Positions 8,422-18,942 of a stretch of DNA of 64,000 bases are shown here, one piece after another. Both the position numbers and the translations under genes were made by a program. The stretch's first letter is position 1, and the number at the start of each line of letters is the position of its first letter. Source of the DNA: Candidatus Latescibacterota bacterium. Lineage in GTDB: Bacteria; Latescibacterota; UBA2968; UBA8231. Under the pieces are notes generated by a model. The model was not told the origin of the DNA. It saw only the letters and a list, made by a program, of their open reading frames with translations, and searched no databases. The stretch lies in assembly GCA_965203175.1 (NCBI GenBank), contig OZ241867.1:5632001-5696000 (forward strand), given 5' to 3'.

Positions 8422-11139
8422 ATGCGCTGCTTTAAAACAACCTGCCTGCTTTTGCTGATGCTGACCGGCTTTTTTGACCGGTCCCACGGCCAGTACCTCA
8501 ACCGCGAATACTATCCTCTGTGGGCCAACGAGGATTATGAGAACTACGCTCATTTTTCTTACCGCGATATCCGTCTGCGACGCTTAGCGGGCGGCTTCTT
8601 CCTCGACGAGGAGACGCGCGTTTACGACCCCTTCGGCTTCACCTTGCTCAACGGTGCCGATCTCTACCGCACCCAGGAATTCCGCACCATTTCGCCCTTC
8701 GGCGGCAGCATCATTTTCAAAGACGACGACTACCGAGACCTTTTTCAGAATCTGGTCGTCGCCAGTGATTCCTATCAGGACTGGGGTTCGTCGGTCATCC
8801 TCGGCCGGGCCGTGGAGGCTCGCTTCAAACCCATGATGCTATCGATTAACCGCATGAATGGCATCCGCTGGGACTCCAACTCGCAGCGCAACCGCTTCAC
8901 CATCCTGGGCTCGCGCATTTCCGAACCCCTGCGCAATTTCGCCTCTGCGCGGCCGCTCGACTTTGTGACCTATCTCTTCGGCGGACACTGGAAAACCCAG
9001 ATCGGCAGTGTCTTGCAATTTGGTGCCTCGTACGTCAACACCCATATCACCGACACCTTGCTGGGACGCCGGGAGGGATCTTTCCGCAAAGGCGCTTTCC
9101 CCACCAACTTGGTCACACCCAGCGAAGTCTTTCTCGCCATCAGCGATGATTCGCCCGCAGATGGTGTTGGTGCCCAAGTCCACGATGTACAAATGATCGT
9201 CAACGGCCAGCCCAGCCAGACAGCGCCGGAAGTGCGCCGAATCGCCGGCCTCGTAGCCCTAGGCAAAGAGCGGCGCATGATTCCCGAACGCCTGCGTTTG
9301 GAAGACGTACCACATCTGCGCCGCCGTCAGGCCTGGCTACCGCACACCGTTGGTTACGGCAGTCTTTTCGGTTCGCGCGGCGGCCTGTTTAACAATGCCG
9401 AATCAGTGGAGCTAGACGGCGAAAATGTCCTCCAAGCCGACGGCGACGACGTGTTGCTGTTCCGCTTTGAAGTGCCGCCCGAGGCCGAACATATCTCCTT
9501 TAGGGTCCTAGCGGCCAACGACTACGCCATCGATCTAGGTGCCCCCATCGGCCGAAGCGGCGTGGTCGGCTCAGTGTGGGAAGACTGGCGCAATGTGGTG
9601 CGGGCCGCAGGTAACGTCCGCAACGGTTCGAATATGGGATGGGTTGAGTTCGACTACGGCTTTCCCTCGGGTCTGGAACTCTACGGAGCCAATCTCGAAC
9701 TGGATTTGCTCGGCTTCGAAGTGCGCGGCGACCTCAATACCAGCACCCAGCACCTCATCTTTCCCGTCCAAGAAGGCCGACGGCACAAGCGGCCTGTAAG
9801 TGCTTATTCGCTACAGGGCAAGCGCCTGTTCGCGAACTTCGCCGTGGGCTGGGAGCTGTTCCGGGTCCCACCCCAATACCGCACCTCTTTCACTTATCTC
9901 GACGAATTCATACCCGCCCTGAAAGAATTCGAACTAGTTGACGACAACGACGATTTGGACCCCTGGCCCGATTCCTGGGAACACGACGATCCCCTAGAAC
10001 TGCGCTTCCAGAACGACATCACCGAGGCGGCCATTGAAGTCAAAGAAAACCTCTTTCCCGGCTCCCTACGCGACGTCGGCTTCGGGGTATTTCCCGGTCT
10101 AGACGACAACGGCGACGGCATCTTCGACACCAATGTCAACAACAATCTTCTGCCCGATTATCAAGAGCCTTTCCTCATGTACTTCGTCGAGTCCGAGGAC
10201 TTCGTGTACGGCGACGATTTCAATAACAACGGCGTAGTTGACTCGCGCGAAAACGACAACAAACCCGACTACCCGTACGAGCGCGACAGCAAAGGTCAGC
10301 ATGTATTCTTTACCTTCAACCCCACTTCCCAGCTCGAGTTGCGGCTGGGCGGACACGCTACCGACCAGATTGCCGGGGGCGGTCGCAATCGCGCCTTGTA
10401 CACCAAACTCGAGTACAGCCGACCCCTGTTTCACAATATCCACCTAAAGCTGCGCCACCGCAGCAAACGCGTACAGGACGATATTCCCGATCCGCTCTAT
10501 CAATACGTATCCAATCCGCTGCTGCGGGGCCGCTACGAAATCGGCTTGCGCGACGATCCCTTGCGGTATCGCAACAGTCATGCCCATCTGAGCTATGTAA
10601 AATTTAACTACACCGGCGTCGACCACCTGACGCTCAACAATACCTGGCGCTGCGAACTCAACCACCGCTTTGCCGATACCTTTGACGATGGTCAGACACA
10701 AAATTCGGGCAATGACTGGTCTTTGTCCCTAGTAAATCGGGCCGACTACGTCTGGCAACCGCGCCAGAAATTGACGCTGACCCCCATGCTCAAATGGACC
10801 TATCATCGCTCTGACTCAGCACTGTTGGGCGACCTAGCCGACGAGACCAACCTAGCGCCAATCGTGCGGCTCGATTTTTTCTTGACCGAACGCACCACCA
10901 TAAAGGCGGGCATCCAGGGCTTCCCCCTCCTGAAGCACCGCTTTCGCGATGCCGTGGCACCCTCCAACGATTTCAATGCCTGGCACTATATCATCGGCTT
11001 GCAAAACAACAGCAGCTACACCGGCTACCGGATCAGCATGAATCTAGGACTGCGAAAATCCTTTACCGACTTTGTCCACTCCAGCACGACGGGCACAGTA
11101 GAGACTTCGGAATTTTTCCTGCAGGTGAGGACGAATTGA
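8422..11139 (+). CDS. Family A1: large putative outer-membrane beta-barrel protein with acidic Ca-binding-like insertion
   Basis: Signal peptide; amphipathic alternating strands in C-terminal third; motifs DDSPADG, ANDY, RAAGNV, FDYG, VDDNDD..PD, FPGLDDNGD, PDY.EPFL, GDDFNNNG, PDYPY shared with 4 paralogs. Confidence 0.7.
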   Translation: MRCFKTTCLLLLMLTGFFDRSHGQYLNREYYPLWANEDYENYAHFSYRDIRLRRLAGGFFLDEETRVYDPFGFTLLNGADLYRTQEFRTISPFGGSIIFKDDDYRDLFQNLVVASDSYQDWGSSVILGRAVEARFKPMMLSINRMNGIRWDSNSQRNRFTILGSRISEPLRNFASARPLDFVTYLFGGHWKTQIGSVLQFGASYVNTHITDTLLGRREGSFRKGAFPTNLVTPSEVFLAISDDSPADGVGAQVHDVQMIVNGQPSQTAPEVRRIAGLVALGKERRMIPERLRLEDVPHLRRRQAWLPHTVGYGSLFGSRGGLFNNAESVELDGENVLQADGDDVLLFRFEVPPEAEHISFRVLAANDYAIDLGAPIGRSGVVGSVWEDWRNVVRAAGNVRNGSNMGWVEFDYGFPSGLELYGANLELDLLGFEVRGDLNTSTQHLIFPVQEGRRHKRPVSAYSLQGKRLFANFAVGWELFRVPPQYRTSFTYLDEFIPALKEFELVDDNDDLDPWPDSWEHDDPLELRFQNDITEAAIEVKENLFPGSLRDVGFGVFPGLDDNGDGIFDTNVNNNLLPDYQEPFLMYFVESEDFVYGDDFNNNGVVDSRENDNKPDYPYERDSKGQHVFFTFNPTSQLELRLGGHATDQIAGGGRNRALYTKLEYSRPLFHNIHLKLRHRSKRVQDDIPDPLYQYVSNPLLRGRYEIGLRDDPLRYRNSHAHLSYVKFNYTGVDHLTLNNTWRCELNHRFADTFDDGQTQNSGNDWSLSLVNRADYVWQPRQKLTLTPMLKWTYHRSDSALLGDLADETNLAPIVRLDFFLTERTTIKAGIQGFPLLKHRFRDAVAPSNDFNAWHYIIGLQNNSSYTGYRISMNLGLRKSFTDFVHSSTTGTVETSEFFLQVRTN

Positions 11140-11143
11140 GTCC

Positions 11144-13870
11144 ATGTTAAAAGCGATCTCAACAGGCGCGCTTATAGCGGCCCTAGCAACGACGGTGTGT
11201 GGCGAAGGCGACCCCAGACTTATCGAGCCCCATACCACCGGTGCCCGCCTAATGCTCTACCGTCCCGGCCTGCTCACCTACGACAACTACGGCCTAGAGG
11301 GCTACCGGACCTGGCCTCGCAATGTCATCACGCGCACGGCCAACCCCGTGTACGACGAGTTCGGCGACTTTCTGGTAAACGGCGTCGAGGTGTACCATCT
11401 GCGGGAGAACCGCCGCTTCGACGATCCAGCCCAAGTGTTCAGCGGCAGCACCATTGCCAAGCCGAACAATTACGAGGGGTTTCTCAACCGCCTGATGGTA
11501 GCCGACGACAGCTATAATAACTGGCAGACGCGGCTGATCATCGGCGACCGCATCCGCACCCATTTCTCGCCGTTGATCCTAGATCTGGCAGCCTTCAATG
11601 GCATCCGCTGGGACCTGGCCAACGAAAGGCACAACTTCTCGGTCCTAGCCTCGCGCATGGACAAGCCCGTACTTTCCCGGGAGGACGCCACCGCCTTGAG
11701 CACCGCGGCCTTCGCTGCGTACCTGTTGGGCGGCCACTGGCAATGGAACTGGCGCACCATCGACCTGAGTACCTCTTATGTGAACCTCTTCCGCATTGAC
11801 ACTCGCTCGCCGCCTGACTGGAACGGCATGAAGGGTCAGTTGCCCAATCGGGTCCAGGTAATCGATTACTTGGTGGTCCGCATTGAAGACACCTCGCCCT
11901 TGGACGGCAACGGAGCCCGGATCTTCGATGTCAATATCCTGCTCAACGGCGAGCGACGAGACGACATTGAATCTTTTGTCACGCGCCACAACACAGAGGA
12001 TTTCAATCCGAACTTTCCCAACAAGGACTTCTTCTTCAAACGGCCAATTCCGCCCTACGTGGAAGTGTTAAAGGGCCACCGCTTGGGCACCTATCCACTG
12101 CAGACACCCGAACCCGATGGATCCTTCCGCGCCGATGGCAAGGACTATGTCCTGTTCTGGTTCCCGCTGCCCGAGGACGAGGAAGTGGTGTCGGCCTCCT
12201 TCGAGGCGCTGCTGAGCGGCAATTATCGCGTCAGTGTGTCGGAGATCTACGCCGTCGATCCGCGCGAATCCCGCAATGAACCGGCGCAGCGCAACCGCGC
12301 AACTTTTTACAAAAGTTTGGCCGGCTCCAAAGGACGTGGAGCCGCCGGCGCCGATGTCGAGCAGATCCGCTTTGACTACGGCCGCCAGACCGGTCTCACC
12401 TTGGCTGGCCTAGGTCTGAGCACGGACGTAAAGGGCTTCCGCTTCAAGGGCGAGTGGGCCCACAGCTTCAACTTCCTCCAATACCCTGTCCACCATCACC
12501 GCGGCCAACGCCACGATAGTAGAGGCCACGCCTATTTGCTCAATATCGAGCGGGAATTCACCCCGAAAATTGCCGTTGGCGGGGAACTGTTCCACCTCGG
12601 CCCCGAGTACCGCACCCAGCTTTCGGTGACCGACCTGACGCTAGGAGCGTACGCTGCCTCTGGCACCGGGCCTTTCGCCGGCGAGCTGGGGTCGACCGAC
12701 GAGAGCCTGAACAATACCCTCGACCTAAACACAGTTGACGACAACGACGACAAAGATCCTTTTCCAGACGATTTCTTCATACCCAGTTTCGAGGACCACA
12801 ACGGGATTTTCCCCGGTCTAGACAAGGACCAAGACGGCACCCCCGACACCAACCGCAATCGCAACCAAGTACCTGATTATTTCGAACCCTTTTTGCTCTA
12901 CGACGTCAACCCGGACGATTTCGACTACGGCGACGACCTGAATAACAATGGCGTCATTGACGTGCGCGAAAACGACAACAAGCCGGACTACCCGTATGAC
13001 CTCAACCGCAAGGGCTACCATCTCTTTGTGCGCTTTCAGCCCCAGCGGGCGCTGGAACTGACCCTCGGGCGCTACGATATGGAGGCCATCTGGGGTGGCC
13101 AGCGGGCGGATGTGTGGTACGCCAAAGCCGAGTACCAGCGGCGCTTCGGCAGTTGGGGCGAAGTGCGGGCAGTGGACTTCTTAAAGCGAGTGCGGGACGA
13201 TATCCCCGACGGCGTATTCCGCTTTGGCGACGTGGCCAATTTCGACATCTTTAATCCGCGTGCCACCATTGAGACCTTTGTCGAAGACGAATTGTTAATG
13301 CGGGACAGCGCCGTCAACACTGCCTTCGTCGACTTCGCTTTCCGGGGAGTGCGCAACCTCTTTGTCGGTGCCAATCTCAAGTTCGAAGCCAACCAACAGC
13401 TCAATGCCAAGAGCCGCGACAATGCGATTCAACTTTGGACTTCGGTGCTGCGAGCAGATTACCGCTGGCGTCTGGGCGGGCTAGAAGTATCGCCGCGCTA
13501 CAAGCTCATGCTGCGCCGCCGCACTGACGACGGGGGACGCATTCAGCCAGTGTCCGAGGTCTTCGGCTTCCCCATGCTAGTGGCCGACTTCAAATTCACC
13601 GAACGCACCTTCCTGCGCGGCGGTGTCCAAGGGCTATCCGCGCTGCCTAGCATCTACCGCAATGGCCAAAATGAGGACCAAGACTACAACACCCGCGATG
13701 CGCTTTTCATGCTGGTCAATCGCTTTGAATACGCTGGTTTCGATATGGCGCTTACAGCCGGCTACGAGATCAGCCGACGCCGCATGAAGGACCGCACCCG
13801 AAAATTCGAGGATATCAATTTCGAACAGTTTTTTATCCGCATGGTCGTGGGACTGGAGCCGGTACAATGA
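11144..13870 (+). CDS. Family A2: paralog of A1
   Basis: Signal peptide; same motif series (DTSPLDG, FDYG, VDDNDD, FPGLDKDQD, PDYFEPFL, GDDLNNNG, PDYPY); C-terminal strand QFFIRMVVGL. Confidence 0.7.
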   Translation: MLKAISTGALIAALATTVCGEGDPRLIEPHTTGARLMLYRPGLLTYDNYGLEGYRTWPRNVITRTANPVYDEFGDFLVNGVEVYHLRENRRFDDPAQVFSGSTIAKPNNYEGFLNRLMVADDSYNNWQTRLIIGDRIRTHFSPLILDLAAFNGIRWDLANERHNFSVLASRMDKPVLSREDATALSTAAFAAYLLGGHWQWNWRTIDLSTSYVNLFRIDTRSPPDWNGMKGQLPNRVQVIDYLVVRIEDTSPLDGNGARIFDVNILLNGERRDDIESFVTRHNTEDFNPNFPNKDFFFKRPIPPYVEVLKGHRLGTYPLQTPEPDGSFRADGKDYVLFWFPLPEDEEVVSASFEALLSGNYRVSVSEIYAVDPRESRNEPAQRNRATFYKSLAGSKGRGAAGADVEQIRFDYGRQTGLTLAGLGLSTDVKGFRFKGEWAHSFNFLQYPVHHHRGQRHDSRGHAYLLNIEREFTPKIAVGGELFHLGPEYRTQLSVTDLTLGAYAASGTGPFAGELGSTDESLNNTLDLNTVDDNDDKDPFPDDFFIPSFEDHNGIFPGLDKDQDGTPDTNRNRNQVPDYFEPFLLYDVNPDDFDYGDDLNNNGVIDVRENDNKPDYPYDLNRKGYHLFVRFQPQRALELTLGRYDMEAIWGGQRADVWYAKAEYQRRFGSWGEVRAVDFLKRVRDDIPDGVFRFGDVANFDIFNPRATIETFVEDELLMRDSAVNTAFVDFAFRGVRNLFVGANLKFEANQQLNAKSRDNAIQLWTSVLRADYRWRLGGLEVSPRYKLMLRRRTDDGGRIQPVSEVFGFPMLVADFKFTERTFLRGGVQGLSALPSIYRNGQNEDQDYNTRDALFMLVNRFEYAGFDMALTAGYEISRRRMKDRTRKFEDINFEQFFIRMVVGLEPVQ

Positions 13871-15951
13871 TGTGGACGAGCACAGGCCAAACGGGTAAAT
13901 CGCCGCCTTGGCAGTTGCGCCCATTGCTATTGGCCGCGGCCTTGCTGGTGGGCACCACAGGTCATGCGGAAGAATGGACCGTTGATCAGTGGGAGCAGAC
14001 CGTGTACTACCGACATACCCTCAATGCACCCGAGGCGGGATCTGCCCTGCTGCGCCTGACTGCAGCAGACGAATACGAGGTTTTCCTCAACGGCGAAACC
14101 ATCGGCAGCGACGACAATTGGACCACCATGGAAGAATACCCGGTCGAGCTCAAGCGGCGCAAAAACGAACTGGCCGTGCGCGTCGTCAATCGCGGCCGGG
14201 GCAACAGCAGCGGCCTAGTTGTGGAGGTGAGCGCCGCAGAGCAGTCATGGGTCAGCACCTTTGGTGCGTTGCAGAATTTTTGGTACTGGAGCGGAGAACC
14301 CCAAGAAGACGCGGGCTGGCAGACAAAGGATGTGAGCCGACTGGACACTTGGCAGCAAGTGCAGCGCGGCCAGCTAGACAGGACGGGTGTATCCGGCTGG
14401 TCCGATACACTGAAGGCCGATGTAATCGCTGGCTTTCCCGGTGGCATCGACATAGGTCAGCCAGCCGGCGGCCTGAGCCTGCGTTCAGTGGAGGGAGAAA
14501 ACCTAGCGTTCAGGCTGCCCTCCAACCGCCCAGAAGTATTCGACGGCCGCTTCAATACCGGCTGGACCGTAGATCCGACCGAGTTGAACGCCATTGCCCA
14601 GGTGGATCTGTTGAACCGGCGTCTAATCAGCGAGGTGCGGGTCCTGACTCAGGGTAGAAACGCCGACGAGTTTGTCCAGAATACCCTGCGCGGCTACGCC
14701 ATCCAAGTAAGCAACGACCAGTTTGGCTGGAGCGAGGTGGGCGTGCTGCACAGCATTGATCAACCCGAACGCACAGCCATCGCCTTTGCCCCAGTCTTTG
14801 CCCGTTACCTACAAGTGATCATCGCCGAGGTCGATGCGGTGCAGCGCGCCAAAGTAGCCGAGATTCAGGTGCTGGGCAGTGGTATTGCCCCTGCGGGCAA
14901 CTTTGTCTCGCCGCCCCTAGACCTAGGACGGCCCGGAGAGCGCAAGAATTTCACCTCTGTGCGCTGGGGCGGCCAAGTGCCGGACGGTACCGCGCTCGGG
15001 TTGCAATTCCGCAGCTCAAACGACGGCAGCACTTGGAGCGATTGGAGCGCGCCTATACACACCAGTCCGGCTCTGCTACAGGTGCCCGAACCGCGCACTT
15101 TCCTGCAGTACCGGGTCAATATGGAGACTCAAGTCGAAGATGCGGGCCCGCGCTTGGACAGTCTGATTGTCGATTTCACCGACCAGATTCCCGCCTCGCT
15201 GGTCCGCGGCTGGGTCGAACCCAATCGGGCCGTGCTGGGTCGAGACACCCTTTTCACGTATCGCCTAGAGTTGGATTTCAGTGATGATGATCTAGGAGTA
15301 GAGCGGGTGCGTGTTGCCCTACCCAGTCAGATCGAGCTAGAAGAAATTGTGCCTCCACCTGGGATGGAAATCGCCACAACCACAGCATCGAGCACCGAGC
15401 TAGATATAGTACTGGCCGAGCCCTGGCGCCAAACGGGGACCCTAGAAATGCGCTTCCGCGGACGGCTACTGAGCAATGTCTTCCAGTTCCGCGCCCAAGT
15501 CTCTGGTCCAGACGGAGGCGCGACGCTGGATGCCGAAGAGAACATTGAACCCGACCCAGACAGCGGTCAGCCGCGCTCATGGGAGGTATCTGCCAGCGGT
15601 GTCGAAGGGACCCTATTGAGTCAAGTGCGCCCGGTACCACAAGCATTTAGCCCCAACGGCGACGGCATCAACGACGAAACAGCGATCGAATTTACCCTAG
15701 CGCGGATAAGCGAGCCCCAAGTAGTAGAAGTGGACATATTCGATGTCCAAGGCCGGCCTGTGCGCGCCCTATATGCAGCCACCCTGAGCGCGGGCGAATA
15801 CGTGTCCGCGTCGCCCTCGGTGCCGGGCCTATGGGACGGCAGGAACGATGCCGGTGAACTCGTGGCACCAGGACTCTACCTAGCGCGCGTGCGGCTCCTT
15901 CTCGAGCGCAAAGAAGAAAGCCGCCTGCGCGCTGTAGCCGTGGTGTACTGA
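13867..15951 (+). CDS. Family B2: close paralog of B1
   Basis: Collinear with B1 over its full length (QWEQTVYYR, SANRPEVFDG-like, WSDWS, VPEPR, FSPNGDGIND, VAVVY*). Confidence 0.8.
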   Translation: MMWTSTGQTGKSPPWQLRPLLLAAALLVGTTGHAEEWTVDQWEQTVYYRHTLNAPEAGSALLRLTAADEYEVFLNGETIGSDDNWTTMEEYPVELKRRKNELAVRVVNRGRGNSSGLVVEVSAAEQSWVSTFGALQNFWYWSGEPQEDAGWQTKDVSRLDTWQQVQRGQLDRTGVSGWSDTLKADVIAGFPGGIDIGQPAGGLSLRSVEGENLAFRLPSNRPEVFDGRFNTGWTVDPTELNAIAQVDLLNRRLISEVRVLTQGRNADEFVQNTLRGYAIQVSNDQFGWSEVGVLHSIDQPERTAIAFAPVFARYLQVIIAEVDAVQRAKVAEIQVLGSGIAPAGNFVSPPLDLGRPGERKNFTSVRWGGQVPDGTALGLQFRSSNDGSTWSDWSAPIHTSPALLQVPEPRTFLQYRVNMETQVEDAGPRLDSLIVDFTDQIPASLVRGWVEPNRAVLGRDTLFTYRLELDFSDDDLGVERVRVALPSQIELEEIVPPPGMEIATTTASSTELDIVLAEPWRQTGTLEMRFRGRLLSNVFQFRAQVSGPDGGATLDAEENIEPDPDSGQPRSWEVSASGVEGTLLSQVRPVPQAFSPNGDGINDETAIEFTLARISEPQVVEVDIFDVQGRPVRALYAATLSAGEYVSASPSVPGLWDGRNDAGELVAPGLYLARVRLLLERKEESRLRAVAVVY

Positions 15952-15967
15952 TGGAAGTAGGCAGATC

Positions 15968-18904
15968 GTGAAAAAACCGACAATACACATCTGCTGTGTG
16001 CTCCTAGTCTTGCTGTGGGCAATAGTCCCGAGCTTGGCGGAAACGCCGCGTCTGGGCATTCCCGAGATTCTGCCTTCCCAAGACTTTCTCTGGCGGCAGT
16101 TGCCCCAGTACAATAACTACGCCTTTCAGGGCTATTCCAACTACCCGGACCACACCTTCCCCTACGCCGACCGACCTCGGGCCTTCTACGATTCCTTCGG
16201 CGATCCCCTCATTACTGGTTACGACTTGTACGACTGGACCGAGCGCCGCACGCTCGGTCAGGAATACGGCAGCAGCATCTTCAAGGATCGCAACCAGTGG
16301 AGCACGGTTTTCGATTTTCTAGTGGTGGGCCGCGACAGCTATAACGACTGGGGATACAGCGCCATTGTCGGCGATGGTCTGATCGCCCGCTTCACTCCGC
16401 TGACCCTGTCGCAAGTTGACTTTAATGGTGCCCGCTTCGACTTGGCCACTCCTTATGCCCGCTTCACCTTCCTAGGATCGCGCATCGAACGTCCTCATTT
16501 TTACATCGAATCCGTTTCCCCCTGGGCCATCGAAAATACGCACTTTGCCGACGATTCGACCATTCTGCTGGGGACGCGGCTGGAAACGGATATCGGGGCC
16601 CTGCGGCTGGGCCTAAACGGCGTGAACACGCACGTGTATCAAAGCACTCAAGACAACAACAGCCTCAAAGGATCCCTGAGACCCAAGCTGCCGTCCATGG
16701 ACCAGATTGTGGTGCGCTTTACCGATGACTCGCCCCACGACGGCCGCGGCGGTGCCTTGGTGCAGGAAGCGCAACTCATACTCAACGGCGAAGCCCGGCC
16801 CGATATCGTGCCAACAGTGATTCGCCACTTCGAAGGTGTAGATACGCAGGTGGGCACTATCTCCCGGCTGACGGGCCAATTCAACCCGACCATTTACACT
16901 AACCCTCGGGGCTATTACCAGATAGCCACGCTCTACTACCGAGGCAGAAACGATATGCCGCTCTTTGCCGATTACCTTTATCGCGCCGACCACGAGGCCG
17001 GCATTGATGTGAGTAAGAATACCAACCTCGAAGGGCTGCTGGCCACGTTCAAACTCGAATCGCCCGAGGAGATCCTCCAAGCCGACGGCAACGAGCACTT
17101 GGTGTTCGTCTTCGATCTGTCGCAGGAGCCCTACGTGGAATCGGTGGCTGTGGAAGCGGCGCTGGCCAATGACTACCGAGTAGAAGTGGCTACCCTCAAT
17201 CTCAACAATCCGCGGGGACGCGGCTATCCCAATCAGTACGTGAGCACATTCTACCGGACCGTCCTGCGCGCCGAGGGCAATGTGCAGGACGGCTCCAATC
17301 TGGCCAGAAGGCGGATCAATGTGGGCGAAAACACGTCGCTTTTCACCTACAGCGCCGATATGCACCTTGCCCTAGCCGGCCTAGAAGTCAACGGCGAATA
17401 CGCCCGTTCAGCGCGCTACTCCCGCTTTCCGGCGCGCATGGACGAGACCACACTGTACGACCGAGGACCGCGCTTCTCCGAGAAAGGATCGGCCTGGTAC
17501 ATCAATGCCGTGCGCTGGTTCAAGGGAGGCCGTCTAGGGGCCGAAGCCTTTGCCATGAATCCAGACTTCCACACGGGAATGCGCACCTTTGTGCCATTCG
17601 AAATCGGTTTGACAGAAACTACGCTGGCCGGCCTGGCCAACAACACCATCTTCTGGGATCTAGTGCAGGACAACGAGGACGGCGACCGCTATCCAGACAA
17701 GCGCGTGGGCAATCTACAGGGGCAACCCAACGACCGCGAAGACGAGGACATCGACGGAGTGTTCCCCGGCCAGGACGACGACAACGACGGCCTGCCCGAC
17801 ACCAACCGCAACTTCAACGATGTGCCCGACTACGTCGAGCCCTTCCTCATGTACTACGTCGAATCCAACGACTTCTTCTACGGCCTCGACCGCAACAACA
17901 ACGACGATCCCGATGTGCGCGAGGACGATCTAGACCCCGATTACCCTTACGACGCCGACCAGCGCGGCATCCATCTATTCGGTCAGCTAGATCTGACGTC
18001 TCAGTGGTCTTTGGGGGCGGGGCGCTACGACATCGAACAAATCGCTGGCGGCGGGCGCAACAAATCGACCTACGCGCTGGTGAACTACCGGCGCGAAGAG
18101 TTGGGACGGCTGCAGCGGCTGTTTTTCGAAAACCACCTGCGCCGCGTCAAAGACGATATCGCCGACGAATTCTCCGTGCTGGTCGAACGGCCGAAGCGCA
18201 TAGATACAGATTTTCGCGGCCTAGTCGCCGGCAACAAGCCCTCTTTCACCAACAATTTCCGCGCCGACCCGCTGCTGTATCGCAACAGCTATGTCAATGA
18301 CACCTATCTGGAGAGCTGGCTCAATCCCTGGTCCACCCTCCAGATGGTCCACAAAGTCCGCCTGCGCTTCAACTGGCAACAAGCTGGCCCCTTGCCCGGC
18401 GGCCTAGTCCAGCGCGACAAACGGCTCGATTTCTTCACTTGGGTCAGCCGTGCCGACTACACTTGGCATTGGCACCGGCTGCAGATCCAACCCCAGTTCA
18501 AGGTCCTGCTGCTGCGTCTAGTGGACCAAGCCGCCGACCGCCAACTCGACGGCCGCTACACCCACCGCACCGTGCGCTCGGAACTCAGTGTCATTCCCAT
18601 CCTGCGCTGTACCCTGCCGCTAATGCAGCGCAGCCAGCTACAACTGGGCATCCAAGGCTTGGGGCCGTTACCCTACCGGGTCGAGGACCGGGTCAATGCA
18701 CGCAATAGTTTTGACCAGCACACATTGTATCTCAACGTGAACAATCGCTCGAAGTACTTCGGCTACGATCTGCGCACGATCGTGGGATTACAGCGAGAGG
18801 TCAAGACATTCGACGAGGCATCGCGGGCGAGCGACGCTTTTGATGCGCTGACTTTTTTCGCCCGCGTCCTCATTGGCTTTACCGAATATGGACGGCTCCT
18901 ATAA
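15968..18904 (+). CDS. Family A3: paralog of A1
   Basis: GTG start, signal peptide; DDSPHDG, LANDY, RAEGNV, VQDNED, FPGQDDDND, PDYVEPFL, GLDRNNN, PDYPY. Confidence 0.7.
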   Translation: MKKPTIHICCVLLVLLWAIVPSLAETPRLGIPEILPSQDFLWRQLPQYNNYAFQGYSNYPDHTFPYADRPRAFYDSFGDPLITGYDLYDWTERRTLGQEYGSSIFKDRNQWSTVFDFLVVGRDSYNDWGYSAIVGDGLIARFTPLTLSQVDFNGARFDLATPYARFTFLGSRIERPHFYIESVSPWAIENTHFADDSTILLGTRLETDIGALRLGLNGVNTHVYQSTQDNNSLKGSLRPKLPSMDQIVVRFTDDSPHDGRGGALVQEAQLILNGEARPDIVPTVIRHFEGVDTQVGTISRLTGQFNPTIYTNPRGYYQIATLYYRGRNDMPLFADYLYRADHEAGIDVSKNTNLEGLLATFKLESPEEILQADGNEHLVFVFDLSQEPYVESVAVEAALANDYRVEVATLNLNNPRGRGYPNQYVSTFYRTVLRAEGNVQDGSNLARRRINVGENTSLFTYSADMHLALAGLEVNGEYARSARYSRFPARMDETTLYDRGPRFSEKGSAWYINAVRWFKGGRLGAEAFAMNPDFHTGMRTFVPFEIGLTETTLAGLANNTIFWDLVQDNEDGDRYPDKRVGNLQGQPNDREDEDIDGVFPGQDDDNDGLPDTNRNFNDVPDYVEPFLMYYVESNDFFYGLDRNNNDDPDVREDDLDPDYPYDADQRGIHLFGQLDLTSQWSLGAGRYDIEQIAGGGRNKSTYALVNYRREELGRLQRLFFENHLRRVKDDIADEFSVLVERPKRIDTDFRGLVAGNKPSFTNNFRADPLLYRNSYVNDTYLESWLNPWSTLQMVHKVRLRFNWQQAGPLPGGLVQRDKRLDFFTWVSRADYTWHWHRLQIQPQFKVLLLRLVDQAADRQLDGRYTHRTVRSELSVIPILRCTLPLMQRSQLQLGIQGLGPLPYRVEDRVNARNSFDQHTLYLNVNNRSKYFGYDLRTIVGLQREVKTFDEASRASDAFDALTFFARVLIGFTEYGRLL

Positions 18905-18942
18905 CTGGCACCCAAGCCGCATTTTTCGCAAAGGACAACACC

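Noticed and set aside
9937-10300. GACGAC/AACAAC-rich tracts as DNA repeats or a CRISPR array
   Set aside because: Explained by Asp/Asn codons; no constant repeat-spacer periodicity anywhere in the window and no cas genes
8422-18904. Calling family A/B canonical SusC/SusD or TonB-dependent receptors
   Set aside because: No recognisable plug or TonB-box motifs, no terminal Phe, and B proteins lack a lipobox and SusD TPR pattern
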